A stretch of 64,000 nucleotides of DNA from assembly GCA_030141605.1 (NCBI GenBank), contig JAQGDQ010000073.1, positions 558,001 through 622,000 on the forward strand, written 5' to 3'. Positions 54,101 through 64,000 of this stretch are shown here, piece by piece (position 1 is the first letter of the stretch; the number at the start of each line of letters is the position of its first letter). Under the pieces are notes generated by a model. It made no database searches. It saw only the letters and a list, made by a program, of their open reading frames with translations, and was not told where the DNA came from. Made by a program: the position numbers and the translations under genes. Source of the DNA: Tubiluchus corallicola (lineage: Eukaryota > Animalia > Priapulida).

Positions 54101-54635
54101 TCCATAAGGATGCTATTCGCAGGAAAGTTGTGGGAAAAAGCAAACTGGTTTGCCATGGGAAAGGATAATTAAGAAAAACATGACATAAGGTAGTGTTTCC
54201 ACTCGTAGGAGTATAAAATAATGCACTGTGCCATTCACATCATTAGCAGTAAATCACATCGATATTAAACGGATAACAACAAATATTTTTTATAACCTAC
54301 TACTTTTTTCTACAGTTGCAAACCACTAAAAGGCGTCACCTAGTGTAGACGTTGTGGGGTATTGGTTTTTAAATACTTACACGGCCTTTTTCCAACGATC
54401 GTTTTCTGTAAGCCAACTTGAGTAGTGAAATAGTTATTTGTTGCGTAGCGTAGTTGTTCGATGTTACACAAGAAATGTTTAGTACAGACGGAGTGAAATG
54501 AAACAGCAAAATAGTAACTTTAAATTTTAATTAAATCTTGGAAATGTACAGTAATATCTACATATCTATGACTTTGAATTAAGCAGAAAATTACAAATAT
54601 CTTTCTTACTGCTGATTGTAACCAAAAATTATTTT

Positions 54636-54927
54636 AACGGCGCAATGGCGTACCTTTCAACTTTCCTCGTGGGGAGGTTGCGGCTGAGTACATAAGACTT
54701 CCGCGCTTCGTGTGTCTACCGTGGGTTCGATACCCGCTCTGGCAGTTATCATTTATAAAGATTGGGTATAGAGGCAGAATGTATATACACCAGAATGTGT
54801 TTGAGATGCCTCTGTTCGTTCAGTAGCTCATCTTAGAGGGATGCTCTTGATAATGAGTCAGGCTGCAGTCAAGCCATAACGATCTTGATTAAGCACTTTA
54901 AGTGCTTTCTGGAGAGTATAAAAAAAT
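54636..54927 (+). mobile_element. SINE-like element with a tRNA-Leu-like head
   Basis: GC-rich island with cgtgggttcgatacccgctctggca (tRNA-Leu-like T-arm/3' end), a body shared with 43850-43935, a terminal hairpin aagcac-tttaa-gtgctt and an A tail. Confidence 0.6.
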
Positions 54928-54978
54928 CAAGTGATATATGTGTTTTAAAGGGTGGCGTAATTCTCACCTAATCCAAAA

Positions 54979-55041
54979 CATGCCGGGAATCGAACTCAGG
55001 CCGCCCGCGTAGCAGGCAAGCATTCTACGTATGAACCATTA
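54979..55041 (-). pseudogene. tRNA-Gly(GCC)-derived pseudogene
   Basis: Minus strand tggttcatacgtagaatgcttgcctgctacgcgggcggcctgagttcgattcccggc aligns to invertebrate tRNA-Gly GCC (TGGTTCAGTGGTAGAATGCTCGCCTGCCACGCGGGCGGCCCGGGTTCGATTCCCGGC). The D-loop, acceptor stem and anticodon (GCC>GCT) are mutated. Confidence 0.8.
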
Positions 55042-55636
55042 AAATGATTAGGCATTAAACTGGTTTTGATGCTTCATCATCTGCGAAGCACAACAGCTGG
55101 TTACGTAGCCGTGTAGCTGTAGTTGCGTACTGGATGTCTTTCTACGAAAGCGTATTTCATACCGGTTATAAACAGTTTTTTTTGTAATAGAATATCATGG
55201 ACCTAATACGCTTTCGTATTTTTCACACTATAGATTTTTAAAAAAAATGATAGACAATCAGTAAAGTTTATCTGGCCTAGTAATTTAGTTGAGAAGCCCA
55301 GAAAAAACTAATTAATCGAAGTGAGTGGATTAAAAAATTAAAAATATGGGGTTAATGGCTGGACATTCGACCAAAACAAGTGAACGTTTTAAATCCGCTT
55401 TCTTTTGAATGGATGTTACCATATACGAATCACCTTGCATTATAATGCAACTACATGCAGCACACTGAACCCAATGTAAAATTGCACTTGAAATGTCTCC
55501 TACTAGCACTTTAATTTGTAAAGCAATTATTCTAACAGTACCACTCTTAAGGTTACCATGTGATGTGACATTTTGAGCTACCTATCTATTTACCTGCTTA
55601 CTTACCTAACTATTGTCCACTTATCTATCTACCAGA

Positions 55637-55745
55637 CTACCTACCTACCTACCTACCTACCTACCTACCTACCTACCTACCTACCTACCTACCTACCTAC
55701 CTACCTACCTACCTACCTACTTAACTAACTTACCTACCTACCTAA
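55637..55745. repeat. (CTAC)n microsatellite
   Basis: Seen directly. Confidence 0.95.
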
Positions 55746-56939
55746 CAAACTGTCTATAAATTTGTGTACTTTTGAAATTTGAATGCTTACTAAATATAGC
55801 TGTTAAAAGTGAATTAGAGTCAGCTTGCGCTTATTTCGCTATAGGCCTATGCCCTGTAAATTACTTAAACAATTTATAGATAAAAGCGATGAAGGGGAGA
55901 CAATTGTATAAAGGGCAAACAACAGTGGTAATATTTATTCCTCTAGAAATACACTGCACTAAGTTCAACTTATTGATAATTCAAACGACACTGCTTTGTA
56001 GATCCAGAACAGATCAAAATCCGAAATCACTCATTTTTAAAATCATATGAGATACATCAATAGTATATAAATCGTTGCTCTAATTGCTACTCCTTAATCT
56101 TCTTTGTTCAATGGCTTCCAGGAATAATCTTGTATACGCAGGAATGCTCCCATCCTTGGCATGCCAATGATCTGAACTCAAGTTTGCCCTCAGCTGACAA
56201 CAAAGCTTGATCTTGAACGCACGTGAAACCATTCTAATTATAACTCTGACTACGCAGTTAGCATGGTTTCAGTCAATGCTCCCCGTGCTGCATGAATTAG
56301 CTGTTTTCTTTGTGTAACTTCTTCAGATTTTATGAGACTGGTAGAACAGTAGAATGGAGGCTCATACACTCCATTCCCTCTTCGAACTTACGTCTCTTCA
56401 GCTGTTATTTCAAAAACTCGTGATCGGCAGTGTGTAGTATAAGTCGTGTTTTGTTTTAGTTTCCGACAAGTTTTAGATTCTTAGTGCCAAGAGAAAATAA
56501 CTTTCACCGTTCAGGTAGGCTTAGAATTATCGGTTTTTAATTATTTATAGACTTCATTTAAAATTATTAACTCCACAATTCATGAATTTTTGAAATCAAA
56601 CTTAACTGTCCGAAAGGAAAAACAAGGGGTGGTGTGGTCTAGTGTATCGGTTTTCGGTCAAGTTTTAATCTCTCCAGTTCACTAATTGTGGTTTCATTTT
56701 ATGAATCATCAGCTTTGTTATTGATTAAACAGCGAATTAACCTCATCAGCATAGAAAAAAATTTAAAATCCTACGTTGCAGCCTATCTTTGGAAAATTAT
56801 ATCGGTAAAGGGACATTTTTACATAAAACTTTGGAAGATTTGGCCTAAGACCAGACCCAATTTTATATCAGGTTTGGTGTCATTGGCGGGAACACTGGTT
56901 TATAATGTTGACATTGAAATCGATCACACAAAATTTACA

Positions 56940-57400
56940 ATTCATAGTTTAAAATTTTATACTTTGCATGCAAATGTCTACACAACGTGGCTCCAGGTTA
57001 TTTGTGAAACAAATAAAAGCTTTCGCAGTTCGGACACGTTCTTTTTTCTCAGGCTGAACAGGCTATCATTCTAGATGTGCCTGTAATCGTCGTAAAACGT
57101 TTCCAGGTGTTTTTCTGTAGCTGGCCCCAGAGAATGGAACAAACTCCCACTTGATCCGCATTGTTGCACTAAATTTGATGTGTGCAAGAAAAAACCCAAG
57201 ACACGTCTGTTGATTTTAGCCTTTTCCAACCAAGTTTGCTACAACTATTGTATAATTTCATGTTGCGTACAGTGTCTGGTTTAAACTCACTGGGTTTTGT
57301 TGTGATTTGTGTACATTTTAAGTATAATGTTGACTCAATTTTTTGAGCCATTGAATTTGTAGCTAAATTTTTATAATTAATTCGTGTAATAAATAATAAA
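56940..57400 (+). mobile_element. L2-clade LINE 3' fragment
   Basis: Translates to FKILYFACKCLHNVAPGYL ... LDVP ... FSVAGPREWNKLPLD ... KKKPKTRL, the typical L2 ORF2 C-terminus, broken by stops and frameshifts. Confidence 0.78.
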
Positions 57401-58905
57401 ATAAGAAGAAGTTCTTAACCACTATAAGGGTTTGTTACATCATTTGTTTTAATTAAATAAGTATATTAACTAATAATTCTGAACTCTGTGGAAGGACCGA
57501 AGTTAATACTTCTTTGTGCAAAATATCGTTGCCAAAATATCTGTTGGTTCCAGAGACATGTCCTTCTAGGCAAAGCCAGTGGACACTGAATGTAAGGAAC
57601 TGCAGCAGAAAGTAAATAATAAAATTCGAACCCAGAAAACTAGAAATCGTGCATCTCATTCGATTGTGGTAAGAGAATGATTAATTCTTGAAAGCTTCGT
57701 AAACTACAAACTTTGGAAGATTTTGACCTAAGACTAGATTCAATCGTATAAGAAGTGAGGCGTCTCAGACATTGTAGCTAGTAGATCCGCCAAGCATCTA
57801 TTCCTACGCACCGCCATCCTTCTTCCGCTTCTTCTTCTTCTTCTTCTTTAAATAGCTGTTGATGGCTACGTGGTTTCGCCGGCACGTGAAGGCACACACG
57901 TCTGGCCAAGCAAGATTGTCGCAGGTTGATAGCAGCCTCAACGCTCATAATATTGCATCATGTAAGATTTTTATTTATGGTCACGATCATACCATATTTG
58001 AGACCGAGAACACGTTAATGGCATCGTGGATTTAAACTTCCAAGGCTCAGAATTGTTCCTCATAAATTGTTTAATCCTCGTAACTACAGCTAATAGAGTT
58101 TGGAAACGCAGATGGCTCTGTAGACAGAACCGACATGGTCTAATTCTATAAGAAAAAGTCGATTTCCTAGGGCATTAATAATACTATGTAGATATTTTCA
58201 AATTCGAAAAAAATCAAAAAAGCAAAGTAAAAAAATTATAAATACCTAATTTTTGTTTTAATTTTTTATGACGCGCTTTCAATTTTTTTCTTTGCAGTTT
58301 TTTGTTTTTCGCAAGAAGTATGGATTTTTTGCTGTGCAGTACTGAGTTTCAAAATGTTTGGGTGCTCGCGGTGAACACAATTTTGCATTTGACTTTCGAC
58401 AGAGGAAAGGACTGTGCCAATATAGACAACTTGTTAACTGTCAGACTTATTGTTATACAAAACAGAAATTTGTCGTTTAAAAATAGAAAGATTTGCGTTT
58501 AGCCTTTTAATTGGACAAGGTAATTTCAAAGAATTTTTTACTGCATTGGATATGCAGATACTGACGTATGCGAATGTAAGAACGCCATCTAGTCGATACA
58601 ACCAAAAGAAATGCCTTAACAGATAAATTACCAACATTAGATATAAATCATATTATAGGCGAACGTAATGCAGAAGTTCTAAAAGCATTTATCAGTTTAG
58701 CAATGGACGACTTTCTGGCTAGTTTAACGCAAAAACTTTATAAATAATTTTGTCGAAATAGGAAGGCCAAATTGTTATACTAATATAGATATTGTTAGAT
58801 AAATTAGTAGATAAAATTGTGATATTAACTTATATGTGCATATTTAACTCCTGGTTAAAGAGGGCATCACTTGTGCATACTGTATTTGTGTTCAAATAAA
58901 AGACT

Positions 58906-59034
<129 letters not shown>

Positions 59035-59123
59035 TGTGTTGCACAAGCATTTATTCATGATTCTGTGCTTTAGGAGCACACGTATCTGTCAAGCTGGAAA
59101 GAATAAGGAAAGATCCTGTAAGA

Positions 59124-59193
59124 ATGTCAGCCGGAAAAGCGGTGACCCGCGTCGTACATCGTTGTGACGACTGCAAGGAAAATCAAAAGTTGG
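59124..59193 (+). CDS. LRRC20: LRRC20 coding exon A (MSAGKAVTRVVHRCDDCKENQKL); the exon begins at 59074
   Basis: Acceptor ttctgtgctttag|59074 and donor G|gtgagt at 59194 (phase 1). The peptide resembles the arthropod LRRC20 N-terminus (AGxxVxRVVxRCDDxKEN). The frame is also open from the acceptor to the ATG. Confidence 0.88.
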
Positions 59194-59414
59194 GTGAGTT
59201 CTAATTTACATTTACAAAATTAATGATAATTGATAATAATAATTTGCAGTTTATTATAACTATTAATTAACTATTTAGCTATTTGGTTTGTTGACTGATG
59301 ATTAGGTAGATGGTTGGCTGATTGATTGCTTGGTAGACTTGTTGGTTGGTCGAAATAGGTCAACTATTTATTGCATGATTTGTTTTCTTTTGAAAATGTT
59401 TTTACCATTTTCAG

Positions 59415-59558
59415 ATTTGTCAGAATGCTTGCTCAAGTCCATGCCAGACGCTGTCTTTCATTTATTGAGGAATACAACAGTTTTGAGTTGCAATTTATCC
59501 CGGAACTGCGTCACACGAATACCACCAAAACTACCGTTGTATTTTAACTTTCTATTGG
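59415..59558 (+). CDS. LRRC20: LRRC20 coding exon B (DLSECLLKSMPDAVFHLLRNTTVLSCNLSRNCVTRIPPKLPLYFNFLL)
   Basis: Acceptor tttaccattttcag|, donor G|gtgagt, 144 nt, phase 1-1. DLSEC..PDAVF.LLRN..CNLS.N....IPPK is characteristic of LRRC20. Confidence 0.92.
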
Positions 59559-60203
59559 GTGAGTAAAATGTTTAATTGTGCGCTTTATTATCAAGCAGAA
59601 CAGATTTCGCTTCTCTTTATGCTGATTTGGCTTAAACACCGTATATTGAATTTTGGTTTGTTGGTTGGCTATGTGAAGTAATGCGCATGAACTCATAACT
59701 TGGATTCAAGACTTAACCCTGATTCTGATGAAAAATTATAACAATATAAAAAAGTAATAACAATGCGGTTTTATTAATAAAATATAATAAGCGTAGCATA
59801 TCCTACTCAAGCGTGACAACAAGGATGACGTTTGCAGCCTCCACCAAACTGGATGTGTGAATGATAAGAACGTGTAGTAATAATAACACTTCTTAATTGA
59901 CACCACTGAGTTGATCCTTAATTATGCTGAATTAACGATTAAATTGGAGTCAACATGGTTCCATGCAAAACGCAATAATGCAATGCAATGCATTGCAAAC
60001 GTAATGCAATAGAGGTTTCGGAACTTTTTAAAGCTATAAACAGCTACACAAAGAACGCCAATTGTACTTTTCAGTTATACAGGCTTGCAATAGATTCCAA
60101 TAGTTAATGTTTTACTGCAAACGCCTTTACCTCGCAACATCCCACATCCCTCCTTAACATTTAAAAAGCATCTGTAATTCTTAAAAAATCTGTAAATTTT
60201 CAG

Positions 60204-60371
60204 ATCTTGACATATCTTACAACAATCTGACGTCCCTTCCGAATGAAATCGGTAGGCTTAAGGATCTTCGGTCCTTGAATATCACGGAGAACAAATTTTG
60301 CGAGATGCCAGAAGCAATTTATCAGTGTGCTAAGTTAAAAGAGTTGATAGCGGAAAACAACGAAATACAAG
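60204..60371 (+). CDS. LRRC20: LRRC20 coding exon C (DLDISYNNLTSLPNEIGRLKDLRSLNITENKFCEMPEAIYQCAKLKELIAENNEIQ)
   Basis: Acceptor aaattttcag|, donor G|gtaagc, 168 nt, phase 1-1, with canonical LxxLxLxxNxL repeats. This exon is missed by the ORF track. Confidence 0.93.
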
Positions 60372-60734
60372 GTAAGCTTACAGAAAGAATAATGTGTCGA
60401 AGAAACCTTTTTACTATATCACTTTGCAACTGTACATATAACTGAGGTTAGGGGAGAAGCAAGTATTAAAAAGTAAGTTAAAGTAAAAGTAAAATGTAAA
60501 TCAGCAAATATTGTTAGCATTATGACACTCACTGTTTGTTCAACCGAGCTTGTATTTGGTTTTGACTTCATCTTGGAGCTTCAAGTTAGAATTCTGAAAA
60601 CGCCAACATTAGAAGTCTTGTAAAAAAGAAAAATAATAAAAAAATATTTTTTTCCGAAAAGTTTATGCAATAAATGAAACATTTTATTGTCACAGAAAAG
60701 CAAATTTCATGCAATGAAAAGTGAAGCTGATAAA

Positions 60735-60860
60735 AGCAACAGCAGCAACAAAGACAACGACAACGACGACAACAACAACAGCAGCAGCAGCAGCAACAAC
60801 AACAACAACAACAGCGACAGCGACAGCACCAGCACCAGCAAAAGCAACATCAACAACAGA
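60735..60860. repeat. Compound (CAA/CAG/CGA/CAC)n repeat in the last LRRC20 intron
   Basis: Seen directly. Confidence 0.9.
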
Positions 60861-60886
60861 ACTATCGTTAGTTTCATTTTTTCCAG

Positions 60887-61059
60887 ACGTGGACGTTGAC
60901 AAACTGAAGCAAATCAGACCGCTGAGGAAAATAAACTTGGTCGGAAATCCTATTGCCGCCACCTCGCGTGAAAAATTGAAATTAATGAGCAAGAACGTTA
61001 CAGTGGAACTTTCAGCCTATCGCGAAAGTGACGAATGCAAATTTGGGGGTGTGGACTAA
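60887..61059 (+). CDS. LRRC20: LRRC20 terminal coding exon D (DVDVDKLKQIRPLRKINLVGNPIAATSREKL...GGVD*)
   Basis: Acceptor tttcattttttccag|, LRR cap NLxGNP, TAA at 61057-61059. Exons A-D sum to 555 nt = 184 aa + stop. AATAAA signals lie downstream at about 61284, 61356 and 61917. Confidence 0.9.
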
Positions 61060-63326
61060 CATCGGAGAAGAATGTGATACTTTAAAAATTAAATTTTAAT
61101 GTTCATATTTCTGAGTTATTAGTATTTAATTTACAAATTGTGTTTATAAACTCGAAACCTGTGATGTTTAACAATGTTATTTCTCCGGTGCTATGTATAA
61201 TCAAGGACCTCTATTTAGTTAAAATGTGTAAAGATAAACTATGTGATAAACGGTGAAGAGTTCAGATGTGATAAAACAATAACAAACAAGTAAATAAATA
61301 ATCAGCTAAAATCGTGTGCTACAATTATTATATAAGAATATGGAAGAAATTCTGAAATAAAGTTTAAATTAAAAAATTCAATATGGCTCTGAAAATATAT
61401 TTCAATTTTCTAATTACGCAGTTGAATATGTAGTTATTTATTATATCTGTATGTATTTTTTCATACTTAAACACAATCTACGGCTTTTGGGGTAGTATTA
61501 ATATATTATGTAAACTTAAATGTAAAATTGATATTATTTAAACTAATATTAATGTAAACTTAAAGCGAAGTTTATTATTTAGTTACTTTTACTTTTATAT
61601 TAAAAATATGTATATATAGGAAGACGATTTCATGAAATTTTGAAAAATTGCTAATTTATTCTTAAGTTAAGTGCGTGCTATTTTATTAGGCTGACTGCAG
61701 TGCAGTACACATAGGAATGCAGAAGGATGTACTTTGCCAGTCAACTTGTATTTGCATGTTATTTTTAACGTGGATATATTTACCACCGTGCATTATAATT
61801 GTACAGATATAGATATATACATCTAGTTTGAAGTATTGAAAAGAATAACGGTTAAACGCTTAACAGCATTATTATTATACAGTAATTTATGTGCCTGGAA
61901 TGCTTTGTACAATAGAAATAAAAATATCATGCATTAGCAACATTATTTTATTATTTTTTCTAAAAGAAAGGACGACATGCGTTGGAAACAAGTTATTTTC
62001 TTTTAAAATCTTTTATTAAAAAGTGGTTGCATACTAATGTATGCCGATGTAAGATTTAGAAAAGCATTACTCATTTTAGTCTGAGAATTAAGGAACAATA
62101 AAACCAGACCTCTATCTGATCTGAATAATGTTTTGTGGTTACATATTCCTGAGTTCGATTTTTTACAGCTGTGAACTGACTTGTTTATTTTCATTTAAGA
62201 ATCTACTTTATAAAACACAAAAAACGGTTCTTGTACACAAAGCTAATTCACTGCCATCGTTCATGAAATTGGTATATCCTCCTTATGTACACCCTGTACA
62301 TGCAAAAGTGCACAGGTTAATGCGAAATAAACTCCAATATCTCAGCAAAACCGAACTTTGCTCAGTAAGACATTTCTTAAATGCATCCATAACAGTACTA
62401 ATAATCATCTTAACTTTCTAAATGCTGAAATTAAAACGCGAAAGAATTTCAAATCTGTTCCATTAGTAACATACGGATTGAATTGACTTGCAGCCAATCA
62501 CCAACAATGCTTTCAGTCATTCATGTATGATATCCACCACGATTATTCACTGCATGTAGATAGTTTTGTTTGTTTCGCGCTGTTTGGGATAGAAAAAATA
62601 AGAAGAAAAAGAAGACGAACCAAAACAGAAGAAGAGAAATAAGAATGATTTAAAGCCCTTGACGGAGCATAGCGGTAGATCGTTACACCTACCATCTGAT
62701 AAATGCTAATTTTCATTTAACCGACCATCGCGCATGCGTACCTCCGCTCACTCTTCATTCACACCTCATGTAATGCAAGGCCAATGAAGCTAAGACGATC
62801 TTATTACTTTATTAGCCAAACGGAAAGTTTACCTTTCTGAGGTGTTTGTTTAAAATTATCTCTCTAGTAATCAAACGATCTTTATTTTAATCTGAAGATC
62901 GTCAAAGCATTTTTGAAAATAGACCCAGGAATGAGCCGTGGTTATTACACAACCCCTTCGTTATTGTTATGTTTGGCGGCAGTGCACTGTTGTTTATAGT
63001 TTTTAGAGAAGCAGTGGAATGACGTAGAATTTTCTGAACTAACAACAGCCAATTACTCTCCAGTTATGACCGTGTTTTAAGGCGAAGCATTCTAATAATC
63101 AACTAAGCACGGCGCAAACCACGCACACTTCGCCAACCCAAGACAGTCTCTGAGGCACAAGGGAAAAATATCGAATTTCGATAGCAATCAGTACTAATTA
63201 ATTTGCCTGGTTAGAGCCTCTGTGCAAATTTTGAGGTTTGTTGCTACAGAGAATATGGACAAAAATTTTCAACTTTGTTTTTATACCGGCAAATTTGACT
63301 CCTTTATTATTACTATTGTTATTAAT

Positions 63327-64000
63327 TCAGTAATTAACAAAAGCAAATGTAAAATGACAAATCATTACAACAAATGAGAAAATTTCTATTCTTTGATTTC
63401 CATTATAAAAATAGGAACGTCTTGAATACCTTTCATACGTTCGATAATTTATTCTTATTATGGCGTTAGTGATTTTCTCCATATGTGCGAAATCTACTAG
63501 CATTATATTGATTTCGTCATATCCTGCCATTACCCGATCCCATTCAAGCCAGTAGACAATATCTTGGTGAAGGTGTCGGGCGTACATTCCTAAATACTGA
63601 TCCTCATCTTGTATTATGTTATGATACACTCTCTCGGGTGGCAGAAACGCAGGTGTAATGTGGAATTTCAGATCGGACCTTGACCAGAAACGATAGTTGC
63701 GTTTTAGGTATGTCATCAACCGATCCACAGTTAGGCTATCGGTTTTATCGTTTTCCAGAGCATGCAGCTCCTTGCGATCCATGTGAACGTCGGTCCAGAC
63801 ATAGCTCGACCATCTCTGTTTGTGCGCTTCAGGATGTCGGTATATGAAAATAAGTTGATGTTTGTTCCTCCATAGTTCCTTTAAAGTGGGAAATCTATTG
63901 GCGTTTGATGGTGGTGGTGGCGCAACCACGTTGCCAAAAAATACTTTAATATCGTGAAGCACAGTTTCGTGCTGGACCGTTGGCATGTAAAATCCAGTGT
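63327..64000 (-). CDS. PI-PLC X domain-containing protein (PLCXD-like), C-terminal part; 5' end lies outside the window
   Basis: The frame is open to the window edge (..TGFYMPTVQH..). Motifs PTLKELWRNKHQLIFIY, LMTYL, FHITPAFLPP, IVYWL and INIMLVDF...IIRINY match the C-terminal half of the PLCXD TIM barrel (TL..LW....Q..V.Y; INI...DF.......VI.LNY). Confidence 0.82.
   Translation of the reverse strand, partial: TGFYMPTVQHETVLHDIKVFFGNVVAPPPPSNANRFPTLKELWRNKHQLIFIYRHPEAHKQRWSSYVWTDVHMDRKELHALENDKTDSLTVDRLMTYLKRNYRFWSRSDLKFHITPAFLPPERVYHNIIQDEDQYLGMYARHLHQDIVYWLEWDRVMAGYDEINIMLVDFAHMEKITNAIIRINYRTYERYSRRSYFYNGNQRIEIFSFVVMICHFTFAFVNY

Noticed and set aside
56224-56271. Hairpin tgaaaccat...atggtttca as a miRNA precursor
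   Set aside because: Only about 13 paired bases with a poorly paired interior, and no known mature miRNA recognised.
56690-56760. Hammerhead-like CTGATGA...GAAAC on the minus strand
   Set aside because: Stem II does not close correctly, and no stems I/III could be drawn.

Overview
AT-rich, microsatellite-rich animal (probably arthropod-like invertebrate) genomic DNA, not prokaryotic. Three protein-coding genes are well supported. (1) An SLC6/NSS amino-acid transporter whose 12-TM core lies in one uninterrupted ORF (minus, 4493-6262). It has unusual ion-site residues: Asp instead of Asn in the TM1 motif (GIGDVWRFPY), Asp in TM7, and Ala at the chloride-site Ser. (2) A four-coding-exon LRRC20 orthologue (plus, 59124-61059, 184 aa), with at least two in-phase candidate alternative first coding exons 11-16 kb upstream. 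(3) The 3' part of a PI-PLC X-domain (PLCXD-like) gene (minus, 63327 to the window end) with a hydrophobic C-terminal tail. The ~52 kb between the first two genes is mostly non-coding: decayed LINEs, tRNA-derived SINEs, MITE-like remnants, a tRNA-Gly pseudogene and many simple repeats. It also holds candidate hidden exons on both strands, including a 20-nt microexon, and several dense motif clusters (CAGGTR, GATA/CCGG, CRE/ETS). Almost all short ORFs in the track are artefacts of repeats or chance. All family assignments come from motif recognition by eye; no searches were run.
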